Under the pieces are notes generated by a model, which had not been told where the DNA came from, ran no database searches, and was given only the letters and a program-made list of their open reading frames with translations. The position numbers were made by a program, and so were the translations under genes. From Octopus bimaculoides (lineage: Eukaryota): a stretch of DNA of 64,000 bases. Position 1 is the stretch's first letter, and the number at the start of each line of letters is the position of its first letter. Where the stretch lies: positions 58,482,059-58,546,058 of the forward strand of contig NC_068981.1 in NCBI RefSeq assembly GCF_001194135.2, in the 5' to 3' direction. Positions 1 through 12,663 of this stretch are shown one piece after another.

Positions 1-321
1 AGCGTGGCCGTTGCCAGTACCGCCTGACTGGCTCCTGTAGGATTTTCGAGCGAGATCGTTGCCAGTGCCCCTGGACTGGCTTGTGCGGGTGGCACATAAA
101 AGACACCATTCTGAGCGTGGCCGTTTTCGTGCGGGTGACACGTAAAAGCACCCACTACACTCTCTGAGTGGTTGGCGTTAGGAAGGGCATCCAGCTGTAG
201 AAACTCTGCCAAATCAGACTGGAGCCTGGTGTTGCCATCCAGTTTCACCAGTCCTCAGTCAAATCGTCCAACCCATGCTAGCATGGAAAGCGGACGTTAA
301 ACGATGATGATGATGATGATG
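1..321 (+). mobile_element. RTE-related 3' end with (ATG)n tail, cut by the window edge
   Basis: Same 3' module as 1640-1810 (gagtggttggcgttaggaagggcatccagctgtagaaac...gcatggaaagcggacgttaaacgatgatgatg). Further degenerate copies near 2470-2590, 8860-9020, 26095-26600(-), 27330-27720(-), 42575-42740 and 47280-47450. Confidence 0.8.
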
Positions 322-714
322 AAGCACTTTATCTTTATAGCATTGAAAACTATGCAAATATCAAAATTAAAATATTGGGGGCACCAGATCACAAGTTTCC
401 AAGACAAGTTTATAATTAAATGATTATGTTTGGTATTTTATCTTATAAGGCTTATTTTATCTTATAAAGCAGCATTTGAACTCCCAAACATAGAGTAGTG
501 GGACTGAATACCTTTCTCCTAACTCATTAATTTTAGTAAAATAAATTTAAATTATTTTAAGAATACAAAAGAGAAAATTACTCAATAAATCCAAACCTTT
601 CCAAGTGTTGTATCATTTATTGGTAACTTACTAAAATTGATATTCTCTTTCTAAATTTTTTTTTTTCAGATTGTTATTTATATATGGAATTTAAAAAAAG
701 TGTCTTGTATCACA

Positions 715-3700
715 ATGAATGAAACTAAAATAGGCAAAGAACCATCTTCGCATGATATCAGCAATTTCAATTTTGTTATTGATCATGTCATCAATCACAA
801 AGTGAAACAAAATGACAAGTTTATTCCACTGGGTGGAATACCTCAACTTACTAGACCACAGGAAGAAATTATGATTAGCCGTATGTTTGAAAGTTGTATT
901 TTCAAATCAGGCATAAGCTGTGTTTTAGGTGAGTAAATATAATTTTATTTTCATATTCATAATCAAGCAGTATGTTTTGTTTGAACATGTGTATGTGGCT
1001 TATTTGAGTGTTATCTAGTATGCTTCTGTGTGAGGAAGTGCCACTCCCTAACTGTAGAAGGAACCTATGGAAGAGGTAGAATCAGGAAGACATGAGATGA
1101 GGTGGTGAAGCATGACCATCGAACATTGAGCCTCACAAAGGCAATGATAGGAGATGGAGACTTTTGAAGATATGCTGTGATTGAGAAGACCTAGCAACTA
1201 AAGTGAGATCGCAGCCATGGCCAATGCTAGTGTTGCATGTCTGGCCCATTTAAGAGTACCCCTGATGCATCAGGCGATATGATATGCTTGAGAAGACTTG
1301 TTGAGTCAAGTAAAACCAAAATCGTAGCTGTGGCCAGTGCCCCCTGACTGGTTCCCATTCTGGTGGCATATAAAATGCATCATCCAAACTTGGTTGATGC
1401 CAGTGACCCCTGACTGGCTCCTGTGCCAGTGGCATGTAAAAAGCACCATCCAAACGTGGCCGATGCCAGTACCCCCTGACTGGCTCTTGTGCTGGTGGCA
1501 CATAAAAAGCACTATCCGAATGTGATCGATACCAGGACCGCCTGACTGGTCCACATGCCTGTGGCACGTAAAAAGCACCTATCCAAATGTGATCAATGCC
1601 AGGCCCACCTGACTGGCTCCTGTACCAGTGGCACTTATAAGGCACCCACTACACTCTCGGAGTGGTTGGTGTTAGGAAGGGCATCCAGCTGTAGAAACAC
1701 TGCCAGATCAGATTGGAGCCTGGTGCAGCCACTGGCTCTCCAGACCTCAGTCAAACCGTCAAATGCATGCCAGCATGGAAAACGGACGTTAAACGACGAT
1801 GATGATGATGTTTTAATACACTGTACTGTATCCTTTTTGTTTCTCAAATAAGAGAGAAGTGTACATGACTGGATTTGAATCCACAATCCCAGAGGACAAA
1901 ATTTGGTAGCTACCCCACTGAGCTAAAAAAAAAATATATAATTATGGGATGTACAACCTTAATGACTTGGGCTATCAATTCACTTCTTCCATTTCCCACA
2001 CTTAGATTCTTGACAATATGCCATATCATATCCAAGACTAGAAGCTGGTTTATTTTTGAGTTCAGATATGAAGGTGACTTTGTCAAAAAGATTAAACCAT
2101 GCATCCAAAATGTGAAGTTGACAAAACAACTTTATCCATGTCACTAATTCTATAACAGTACTGTAGAATAAGTGCTGGACTGTACCAGAACTGTGCACTT
2201 GAGTTATGCAAATAACACAATTTTACATTGAGGAAATTTGAAATGAAATTGAAAGAAAGTTTGGGAAACAAAAATTCATGTGTAAATTTAGTTTTTGAAA
2301 CTAATCTTTTCCTGTGGATTTAGGCTAGCAGGTTATCAAAAGTTATTCAAGTAAATATGTATCAACTGTAGAAATGGACAAGTGTAATGAACTTTTAGAT
2401 GTTTCCAGTTATCAACATGTTGTGATTAGATACTGTTAAACAATATAGAAATGATAGCAATGAAGCCATAAAAACCATGCCAGAGCAGACAGTGGAGCTT
2501 GGTACATTCCTCTGGCTTACCAGCTCCTATCAAACCACCCAGTCTATGCTTGCATGAACACAGATGTTAAATGATGATGATGGTGATGAGATTAGTTTAA
2601 TAGTATTGACAACATACCAGAGCCTGAGTTTTAAGTTGTTGATGTTATATAGACTCAGATAAGCCCTGATTGAGCAAATCTGTTATTAAAAGTATTAAAG
2701 CCCAAATCATCAAATTTTTTTGCATATCAAATACTACAGAGTCCAATGTGTCTTTTTTCTTAAGACTAAGGTATTATTTGTGAGAGATCAGATTATTATT
2801 TCAAGCAGGTTGAGTGACCATGTAAAGGCTGGCTCCCTCTTTAGTTCATATTTAGAGAAGGTCATGATTCAAAGCATTAAGTACTAAGAGAAAAGATAAG
2901 AGTTAAGGATAAATTTCTAGAGGAAATCTGCATGAATTTTAGAGTGCACTGTTAATTCTCTTTATTATTTAATTTTCAAAGGCTGCATGATGGCAGAATT
3001 ATTAGCACACTGGGCAAAATGCTTAGCAGCATTTCTTCCAACTTCATATTCTGAGTTACAATGCTGCAGAGGTTGATTTTGTCTTTCATCCTTTTAGGGT
3101 TCAACAAAAATAAGTGCCAGTTGACTACTGGGGTCAATGTAATTGACGAGCCGCTCCCGCCTTTATAATTTCAGGCCTTGTGCCTGTAGTTGAAAGAATT
3201 ATTCAGTTTTCTACAGAGCCTAATCAATTTTCATGAATCATTCACAGATATCTTTCTCATAGATTTATTCATCAGACCACAGCATCTGGTGTGTTATTAA
3301 TGTAAATTATTTTGTGTTTTGCATCTGTCTCATGACAGATTCAATGGGAAAGAGGCAACTGAGATATCTTTTTTTTCATTTCTAAGGTTTTGCACTTGGT
3401 GGTGCTTTTGGTCTATTTACTGCTGGTATTGACCCAATGTCAACTATGAGCACAGAAACTCCAACTACTAAATTGGTACTAAAAGAAATGAAGGCACGCA
3501 CACTTTCATATGGAAAAAACTTTGCATTGGTGGGTGCTATGTTTGCAGGTACTGAATGCACTTTAGAAACAGTAAGTATGTTTTCATATTGCCATACAAT
3601 GTTATATCATTTTCATTTTTACGTTTGTTTAGGTGGATGGAACTTCAAAATTATCTCACTCTATTTTTCACTTTGGTAAAAGATTTCATTTAAAGACTCA

Positions 3701-4707
3701 GTTCTAATTCAGCCTACTTCTACTCTACTGATTATATTCCATAAATAAATAAGTGATTGTAGGTGCAGACATGACCATGTGGTTAAGAAGCTTGCTTCCC
3801 AACTATTTGGTTTTGGGTTTAGTCCCACTGTGCAGCACCTTGAACAAGTGTCTTCTAATATAGTTCCAGGCTGACCAAAGCCTTGTGAGAGAATCTGGTT
3901 GACAGAAACTGAAAGAAGTCTGTTGTGTGTGTGTTTGTGTGCCCCTTATCTTGACATCATGTGATGGATGTAAATTAAGCATCACCATCTTACAAGTGAT
4001 GAATTTCTGTGAAAAATGTCTGTCCATGGGGAAATATTATCTTGCTTGGAAACAGGTGAAGATTGGCATCAGGAAAGGCATCTAACTATAGAAAATCTGC
4101 TTCAATGAATTCCATCTGACCTATGCAAACATGGAAAAATTGGGCATTGAAATGATGGTGGTGAAATGATAATGATGATGATGATTGTTAACATAGTTTT
4201 CTTCATTTATTTATGTTGCAACATTATTTGAAAATCTTAATCTCACTTCAGTTCTGTCTCTTAAATGTCACATCCCCTCAACTGTGCATGGGTTTCTTTT
4301 TATTTTACACATTTAAAGACTAAAGAAACTATATAGAATTATATTAGTAATCTAGTCAGTTCATTGAACTTGTGTTTGCATAGAAAAAGACAGCCTTAAA
4401 AGAAGATTGTATATGGCTACTCATTCAGTTGCACCAACTTTTTTACTCTTCTAATACCTTACTTTCGTAGCTGTTGTCATCAAGCCTTTAGTATTAACAC
4501 TTAATGATTCTTTCAATCTTATCTATCTTTAAGAAACTTTAACAGTGCTAGCAGAGTGGCCAACTTTCTCAAATTTAAGCATATTTTATTACCATTTTGA
4601 ATTTGAATAACTTATATAAAATTTACATTCACATTACTTTTATTCTGTTCATACACCTTTGTTTCAATCACTCATAAACAGTTTACACATTGATTACTTA
4701 TCAAATG

Positions 4708-4754
<47 letters not shown>

Positions 4755-6406
4755 TTAGCTCTACACACAGTTATCAAATGATATCTCAGTGTTGTCAACT
4801 TTGCAAGCTCAAGTCAGACTTCAGTATCATCAATAAAGCCTGCAGTTATAGATCTGCTTTGTGGTTTCAATGATATTTGATAGTGTCTGCCTCCCTCAGT
4901 GATTCCTACAGGGACTGTATTTGTAGATATTCAGTGATATTTGATGACATTTGCTGCAAGTGTTTCAGTCTATTTTTATATTACTCTGTAGTGGGACACA
5001 CACTGCTTAAATGAATACAATTGTGTAATATTAAATGGGAATTATAGTGTTGTACATTAAATGTGGTGAACTAATATTTAAAACAAGCAGAATGTGAACT
5101 TGGTAAAATAATAGTTATTAACAAGAGTTGGAAGAAAGATACATGCTTCTATAAATCACTCACACTGAAATGGAATGCTTATTATGAAATTGGACAGTAT
5201 TCTATATGCAATAACATAACAAGTCCTTGTCCTTTTACATGGGCATTGCAATCAGGAAAGACAGGAGCCTAAAACCACTATTAAGTACAGAAAGTCTCTT
5301 ATGAAAGTCTTAAACCCCTCTTATGGAAATGTTTCCATTTTCTTAAGAAAGATCATTAATTTATAAGCAGCAATTTGTACTTATTTTGAAACTTCTTCTG
5401 TACTGTTTTTTGTCTGTTGTTCCTTTTGCCTCATGATTAGATGTCATTGAAATTAAGTAAACATCTGCTTTCTCCTCAGTATTGTTCAATGCTTTAGATC
5501 AATTAACACTGTTTATCCCACATTACTTTGGAAGTCTCTAAAGGCAGGTGCCTTTCTCTACCTGTCTTCAATCATGCACAGAGGAAACCAACATAATATC
5601 TCAACATCAAAGTGGCTTCTTAAGTCAAACAAGACTATTCTGATAGTTTTGGAAGGAAAATCAATGGCATTGTCAGTTTTATGATGTCATCATCATCATT
5701 TAATGTCCATTGTCCATGCTATATTTAACATAAAATGGCTGGTTTTGACTAATAATGAGTAGCATATTTTAACTTCGTAGAAATGGGGCCAGTTCTTCAC
5801 CGGACCTTCACTGAATGCAACAGAATAAATTTTATGGATACTTTCTCTTTTATTCTCTTTTACTTGTTTCAATCATTTGACTGTGGCCATGCTGAAGCAT
5901 TGCCTTTAGTCGAGCAAATCGCCCCCAGGACTTATTTCTTGTAAGCCTAGTACTTATTCTATCGGTCTCTTTTACCGAACTGCTATGTTACGGGGACGTA
6001 AACACACCAGCATCGGTTGTCAAGCGATGTTGGGGGGGATAAACACAGACACACATACATACATATATATATATATATATAGTGTAGTATATTGCCACTT
6101 AAGTGTGGCTGACCCCTAGGCGTGGATGTTACTGTTGCTTTTAGCCCCAGGAGGACATCTCCTCCAGCTGGCTTATCGACACACTACTGTGTCCCTTGGC
6201 AAACAGGACACNNNNNNNNNNNNNNNNNNNNNNNNNNNNNNNNNNNNNNNNNNNNNNNNNNNNNNNNNNNNNNNNNNNNNNNNNNNNNNNNNNNNNNNNN
6301 NNNNNNNNNNNNNNNNNNNNNNNNNNNNNCAGCCACACTTAAGTGGCAATATACTACACTTTATCGTGCAGTTACTGTTAATACTTCATTTAGAGAATTA
6401 ACATTG

Positions 6407-6446
<40 letters not shown>

Positions 6447-8530
6447 CATGACAGGCTCCTTTCAGTTTCCGTCTACCAAATCCACTCTCAAGGCTTTGGT
6501 CGGCCCGAGGCTATAGTAGAAGACACTTGCCCAAGGTGCCACGCAGTGGGAATGAACCCAGAACCATGTGGTTGGTAAGCAAGCTACTTACCACACAGCC
6601 ACTCCTGTAATTGTAGGAAACCTAAGATTATTTCACTACATTTTCTGAAAATATTTCATGTTTGTATATTCTTTCTACTTATGCTAATGACTGAATATAA
6701 TTTAGTGAAAATATTTTATTCCTATAGATCAGAGGCAAAACAGAATTACTAAATGGTACATTATCTGGTGGTATTGTTGGGGGTGTACTAGGACTTCGTG
6801 GTAAGTTATCAGTAAATTATTTAATAATTCTTTAAATTTTCATTGTATTTGTTTGTAACGAGGTGTAGTCTTTTGAATACATCATGGATATATTATAATT
6901 GTCATGTTTCTCTTTAACCCTTTTGTTACCACATTTCTGTTGAAATACTTTGCCTTTGTTTCAATTAATTTTGAAAATAATGAAGAATTTTGTCATTATT
7001 AAGCTAGTGTGTGGAACGTATTTTAACACGAAAGTTTGAATAAAGGTTTCAACTAAGATCACTTTGCAAAAGCAAATTTGTATCATAGAACCAAGGGCAG
7101 TCTCAGGCAGGTTGGTATCAAAATAGTTAAAGAAATAAGTTTATAAATGATTTGATATATCTAATTCAATAGTTAGCAAACCACTTTTGTTCTGTACTAT
7201 TTTTAAAACTTCTCATTTGGAAAACATAAGCACTATATAATAGAGACTGACTACTTGTTCACTTGAATGTTTTTCATCCAATGATGTGCTGCATACAGTG
7301 GATACACATACTTAACACATATTGAACCTTTACTCTAGATTTTATTTTTTATTGTACATTGCCAATTAAAACATGCCCTTTTTTAAAAAATTATTTTCAG
7401 TTAACTCATTAATTAATTAAGCAATTCCTTGATTGATCAGATACTTTTGTTACAAACTGTATTCCTTGTATTTTTTCCACAATAGTTATAGTTTGGATTG
7501 TGTGTAGCTTGTATGTGAAATTATGTGTGTTCATGTGCATGCACATTTGTGTGTGTCAGTGTTTGGTTCCATAGTCTTAAACTTATAAATTTCCTCCCCT
7601 CCAACTCAGGGCTATCTACCTATAATTTAAAATATTGACACCTTTGTAAATGATATTAAATAACCAAGTACTTACTGCATATTGATAATTTTTCTTTCCA
7701 ATATAAATGAAAAGGTGATTTTACTAATTTTAAAAATTCTATTTGCCATGCACACTATACATAAACTGATGTTTCTACATTCATCAAAAGAAATCTATTA
7801 ATTGTGTCTGGGGAGAGTCATTTTCTTTTTGTGCCTTATAATTTAACACACTCACCATGTTAAATTATAAGGCATAAAAAGAAAATGACTCTCCCCAGAC
7901 ACAATAGAATATGCTTCAACACACGAACTTACATAAAGAATCTTGCAAACCAAATCCAAAAACAAAATCTATTAATATTAATCTCTTTGCAAATATTGTC
8001 ACTAATCGCTCATTTCATATTAACAAGATACAGTAACTCAGAAATATTCTGTGGGACTTAGTTATTCCCACTTGTAGAACCAGAGCCAATTCTTTGGTTG
8101 AATGTCTTGTTATTATATGTCTTTGTCTTGTTGATATAACACAGTTCTTGTTATTATATGTCTTTGTCTTGTTGATATAACACAGTTCTTGTTATTATAT
8201 GTCTTTGTCTTGTTGATATAACACAGTTCTTGTTAGAATATGCTATATATTTGTGCATAACATCATTTTTAATGAATTATGTAACATTAATCTGTGCACA
8301 AGCTATTAGTTCTGTATGATTGCTGATTTGTTTTTAGGATATTTTTGGCTTAAACACTGACTTGTAAAATCATTTATTTGTATTTGGTAATATTATATGA
8401 TTGTTTTATATTTGCTTTACTGATTTCTGATTATTTGTTTTTAATTTCAGCTGGTCTGAAAGCTGGAGTATTTGGTGCACTTGGTTTTGCTGCATTTTCT
8501 ACAGCCATTGATTATTACTTACGTCACTAA
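715..8530 (+). CDS. TIMM22: Mitochondrial import inner membrane translocase subunit Tim22, 183 aa; join(715..928,3387..3571,6728..6800,8451..8530)
   Basis: Four GT-AG exons splice in frame (phases 1,0,1; 552 nt). Product: MNETKIGK...LGGIPQLTRPQEEIMISRMFESCIFKSGISCVLGFALGGAFGLFTAGID...[72 protein letters not shown]. This matches Tim17/22/23-family Tim22, including the ESC and TEC cysteines. The acceptor ttttcag at 669 implies a non-coding first exon upstream of the window. Confidence 0.96.
1028..1810 (+). mobile_element. RTE LINE 3' end with internal ~65-bp tandem array (about 5 units, 1330-1650)
   Basis: RT-tail remnant (EGT..R....WDEVVKHD), units of the form gtggccgatgccagtaccccctgactggctcctgtgccagtggcacgtaaaaagcaccatccaaac, and tail gttaaacgacgatgatgatg. 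Confidence 0.8.
3760..4185 (+). mobile_element. tRNA-derived SINE (ccttgggcaagtgtctt-core family) with (ATG)n tail
   Basis: gtggttaagaagcttgcttcccaac...gtcccactgtgcagcaccttgaacaagtgtcttc...gatgatgatg. Related copies at about 6420-6607(-), 21530-21860(+), 25690-25880(-), 27700-27850(-) and 43780-43960(-). Confidence 0.75.
4710..4753. repeat. (TA)n microsatellite; others at ~6065, ~6408, ~11865, ~55165-55270, ~57915-57980 and ~61575-61680
   Basis: Read directly from the sequence. Confidence 0.95.
7801..7905. repeat. Long inverted repeat: 48-bp arms (47/48 match), 9-nt loop
   Basis: 7801-7848 attgtgtctggggagagtcattttctttttgtgccttataatttaaca is the reverse complement of 7858-7905 except at 7831. 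Confidence 0.92.
8105..8235. repeat. Perfect 41-bp tandem repeat x3.2 in TIMM22 intron 3
   Basis: Unit tcttgttattatatgtctttgtcttgttgatataacacagt starts at 8105, 8146 and 8187, with a partial unit at 8228. Confidence 0.93.
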
Positions 8531-11500
8531 ATCTTGCCAAAGCAAAGCTTCTATTGTTGTTGGTTTGTTTTTGACACTTCTACCCACTCCATACTTTGAG
8601 AGTCCACCCTGACACCTCATCACCACTATCTTTCTCTCTCTCTTTCCTGCTCCACCCATGTCACTCCAACTCTCTCTTCTATAATATGAGTAGTCAAATA
8701 GCTCCCCTATAGGAAGAAATATGCTCTGTGATGGCCCCTTCTCATACATTAACCACTCATCTCCTAGCATAAAACCACTTCCCTCTCTACTATAGCCCCA
8801 CTCCGCCAAAGGGAAACTTAGTCTTGCAAGTTGCTTGGTGACATAACTAGTGTTGGCATTCAATATATGCTGCAAAGTGGTTGGAAGGGTATCTGGCTGT
8901 AAAAACCATACCAAAGCAGACATTGGAGTTTGATGTAATCTCAGAACCATTTGATCTTGTCAATCCATCCAACCCATGCAAGCATGGAACATGGACATTA
9001 AATGATGATGGTGATGATGAGGAGGAGAAGGATGACTTTATCTTTGAATTAGTCAATCAAACATTAAAAAAGTCATTCAAACATTATAAATATTTACCTT
9101 TCTTGTAAACGTATTTCAGATTGTGTGTGGAAAGATGCTCAGATATAAAACCCTACTACTATTGTATATACACTTCTTAAACCATGTACATTTTATTGGT
9201 ACCAAATGTGCCAAAGAAAATTCACATAAGGAAAAAAATAAACACTAAAATACTGATGGTAGGTCTTCAGTTTATTTAATTTGTTGTTTATGAAATTCAT
9301 ATTAAATTTATCATAAAGTTGTTGTTTGTTGTTTATATATTTTTTAGCACAAGTTGTAGGAGTTGAAAAATGGTATTTCTCTCTCATATTAGCAGTTTAT
9401 AAGGTCTGTTCAGAGTTGCCTCTCTTAGGTATGTCCCATCAATAATAGCTAAGAGCTAGAAACCTCGATGTCAAGGAATCCTGATAGATGGTGATACTGA
9501 ACAGATATGGTGTTTTTACACCTTTTTACACTCTGAGGTATTTGGGTAAATCCTTATGCCAGCCACATCAGGCTCAAATCTTAAACTAGTTTTATGTTCA
9601 AACCAGTCAAATCTGGCCTCTCAGGTTGACCCTACAATGTCATTCTAAAGATAAACAATCACATCATCAAAATCTTGAAGCTATGAGATAATGCATGATC
9701 AATTTAAAACAATGAGTAAATACGTTTTATATTTGACAAAGTAATCTGAATGCTAAAGGGTTTAATGAGAAGTAAGCAAGCACTGCCTCGAGTCCTAAGA
9801 CTCAAAGGGCAAGTTACCTAGTTTCCATAGTAACTGAGATCATAGCATTCCCACTGAATGGGATACCTGTCCATTACAGGGTTTCTCACTATGCAGCTGA
9901 ATGAAATGAAGTGTTTTACTTAACACAATGCACCACTCAGTCTGGGAATTGAAACTGTAACCTTGCTATTATGAATGCAACACTATAACTACTTGGTCAC
10001 ACACTTTCACATTAAATGAGAAACATGTACTAAATATTCTCTCAGTTGCAGTTTGATTTTGGAGTAGTCTGCTTTGTTTCAATTCTAAATTGTAACCATT
10101 TCTCATCATTTGCTGTCCTCAAGAGCATGAGCAATGTAAAAATCACTAAAAATCAGAACATCACACATTCTTATTTTCCTTCCACTAATTTTAAATTAAA
10201 ACAACTATGTTCAGAAATAGATCACAACCACTTTAATTTGATTTTCTGTCAAAGTACAGCTAGAAATCTTAATTTTAATATTGAATTTTGTCTTGTTACT
10301 TGTACATTATACAATGTTTACTATATATGTTTATATGTGAGAAATTATGATGTGAGATATGGCATTTCATATCCATGTTTTATAAGGCATTCACACTACA
10401 TGTGTTTTGATGCATTTTGTTACAAGACAAATGTTCATAGAATGATATTAAAATTGAATGATATTAAAATTGTACATATGTACACATTTGTTCATTGTGT
10501 GGAACAAGTTTATTTAATCGAGTCACATTTACTGTACATTTCAGAATAGCTGTTGCCTTTCCTCTTTAAAAAAAAAAGAGAAAAAATCAATAGAGCATCA
10601 AACAAAACACTCTGAGGTATTTGGGTAAATCCTTAATGTTCTGAGTTCAAATTCTATCTAGGTTTGCTCAGTATGGCCATTGTTCAATGACTGAAAATAG
10701 TAAAGGAATATCAGAGTTCATAGTCTAGCAAGCTGCATAGCCACCCCACAAGTGCTGGGGGAATGAAAAAAGGTTCCCAGTATACTATGTAAAGTGGTTA
10801 TAGGTGTACATATAAATTCATTTGATAGTGTTTGAATAAAGTAAACATTTATGATATGATTTTAATGAACTTTATTAACAATACACATCTATAATATCCA
10901 CAGAATGGCTTCTTGAGACAATCATTACTACCATTTTGGTAATGTACCTATTCTTATTCATGAATCTTGTATATGCCCAGCTGAAATGTGGAACCTTACG
11001 ATTTATATTCTTGTATCCATGAATAGCTGTAATGCTTTTATCTAATAGCCTGGCAAATAACAAGATCATTTGCATATAATTTGCTCACCAGTCTCACCAA
11101 TTTCTCATTTGGTGACTGTTTAGCATAGCTTTTGGCACTGTCTTGACTTCTTTTATATTTCCAACACATGAAACTTTCTCTCTGCACTATGATTTCTTTT
11201 TCCATATTTAGTAAAAATGCAACTTAAAGCCAGCCTCATTTCTTGATCATATCCCTTCAGTGTTCATGGTTTACTTTTTTTGTAACCATATACTTCTGGA
11301 AATACAGTGAATTTTTTCAGCATTTCTGCCAACTAATCAGTGCACAAACAAGTAAAAAGGTTCAGGTAGAGATGAGCAATTTAACATGTTTTGTTATAGT
11401 GGTGTTTATCTTCTAGCAAAATTGAATTCTCCATAAATGACTGTATTTGTTTTAATTCATGCAATCAACTTATATTTGTTTACAACAGGGATGTCAAATA

Positions 11501-12663
11501 TATGGCTCTCGGCTATATTTAATCTAAGTTCCTGGCTCATTTTTTAAAAAATATTCTGTAAAATATACAGCACTAGTATGCATTCAAAGTTGGAGCCTAG
11601 TTACAAGCACAATTATGGTTCCAATTATTCAAATTAGAGCACCTCACAGATTCTTTTATTTCAACCAATGAGAAAGCTTATAAATACATACACTAAAACA
11701 TGCAACCTATTTCCTCAAATGGATTCTAGTGATATTGAAAGGTTTTCCTGTTGAAATAGGTCTAACTTTCTACCAAGCATTTGTTGTATCCAGATCTTGT
11801 TGCATTCATTTGGACAATATTTTAACTCCATTCTCACTCTAAGATCTCTTACTTAATAGGATTATATATATATATATATATATACCATGTGGGTGAGTTT
11901 TTCCTTGCATATCTCTACATACAAATTTTGCTAACAACTCATATTCTTTCTTGTTAATAAAGTTATAATGTACATAGACTCCTGCAGCCTACATTATGTT
12001 TTTCGAAGTAATGATTGTCTCTACCAGTCTGCAAGATCTAGTTTTTGCTTCCATCTGGCCAACAAAACCCAAAGACCTTGATGCCCTTGGTTTACCATAT
12101 TGACTACATAGTGACATAAGCAACCTGCCCTAGAGACTTAATCATTTTGCTAAGGTGTATGTGTTAATGCAAGCTCAAGCTGTGAATTTCTTAGGTGTTT
12201 TTCATGCTGACTTCCAAAGGTGATTAGATTCTGATGTATTATATATTCAGAGTCAAAACCAGGTTCAAGATCTATTGACATGAGTGACAAAGGTGACTCC
12301 TGTTCTCACCTGAACAATTTCTAACTGTTCTCTCCAAGTTCATAGAATGACTTGAACACAAGTACTTCAAATTATTTAGTACACCCTCTGTGTTTGGTTG
12401 TATTGTAATTGCAGCAAATGTTGGATATAATGAAATACTGATGATTAGATACTTACCAATTGTATCTGAGGTCAATTCAATTCTCTATGATCCTCTCTTA
12501 CAAACTTGTGGCTTTGTGCCATATTTTGAAATCATTATTATAAGCATTACTGAATACTAGGATTTTTTTTCTGAAGAGAAATAGGGAGGACAAAAGTGAG
12601 CTTAAGAGTTGAAATTAGATTTTTAACTTTATGGTCAAAAGCATGGAGAGGAATAGTTTAACT

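Noticed and set aside
1330-1650. CRISPR-like array
   Set aside because: Units are diverged along their whole length with no constant repeat/unique spacer pattern; eukaryotic LINE context and no cas genes.
8519-8950. 143-aa minus-strand ORF and 167-aa ORF at 10046-10549
   Set aside because: No recognisable domain; low-complexity or repeat-derived composition; no splice or promoter support.
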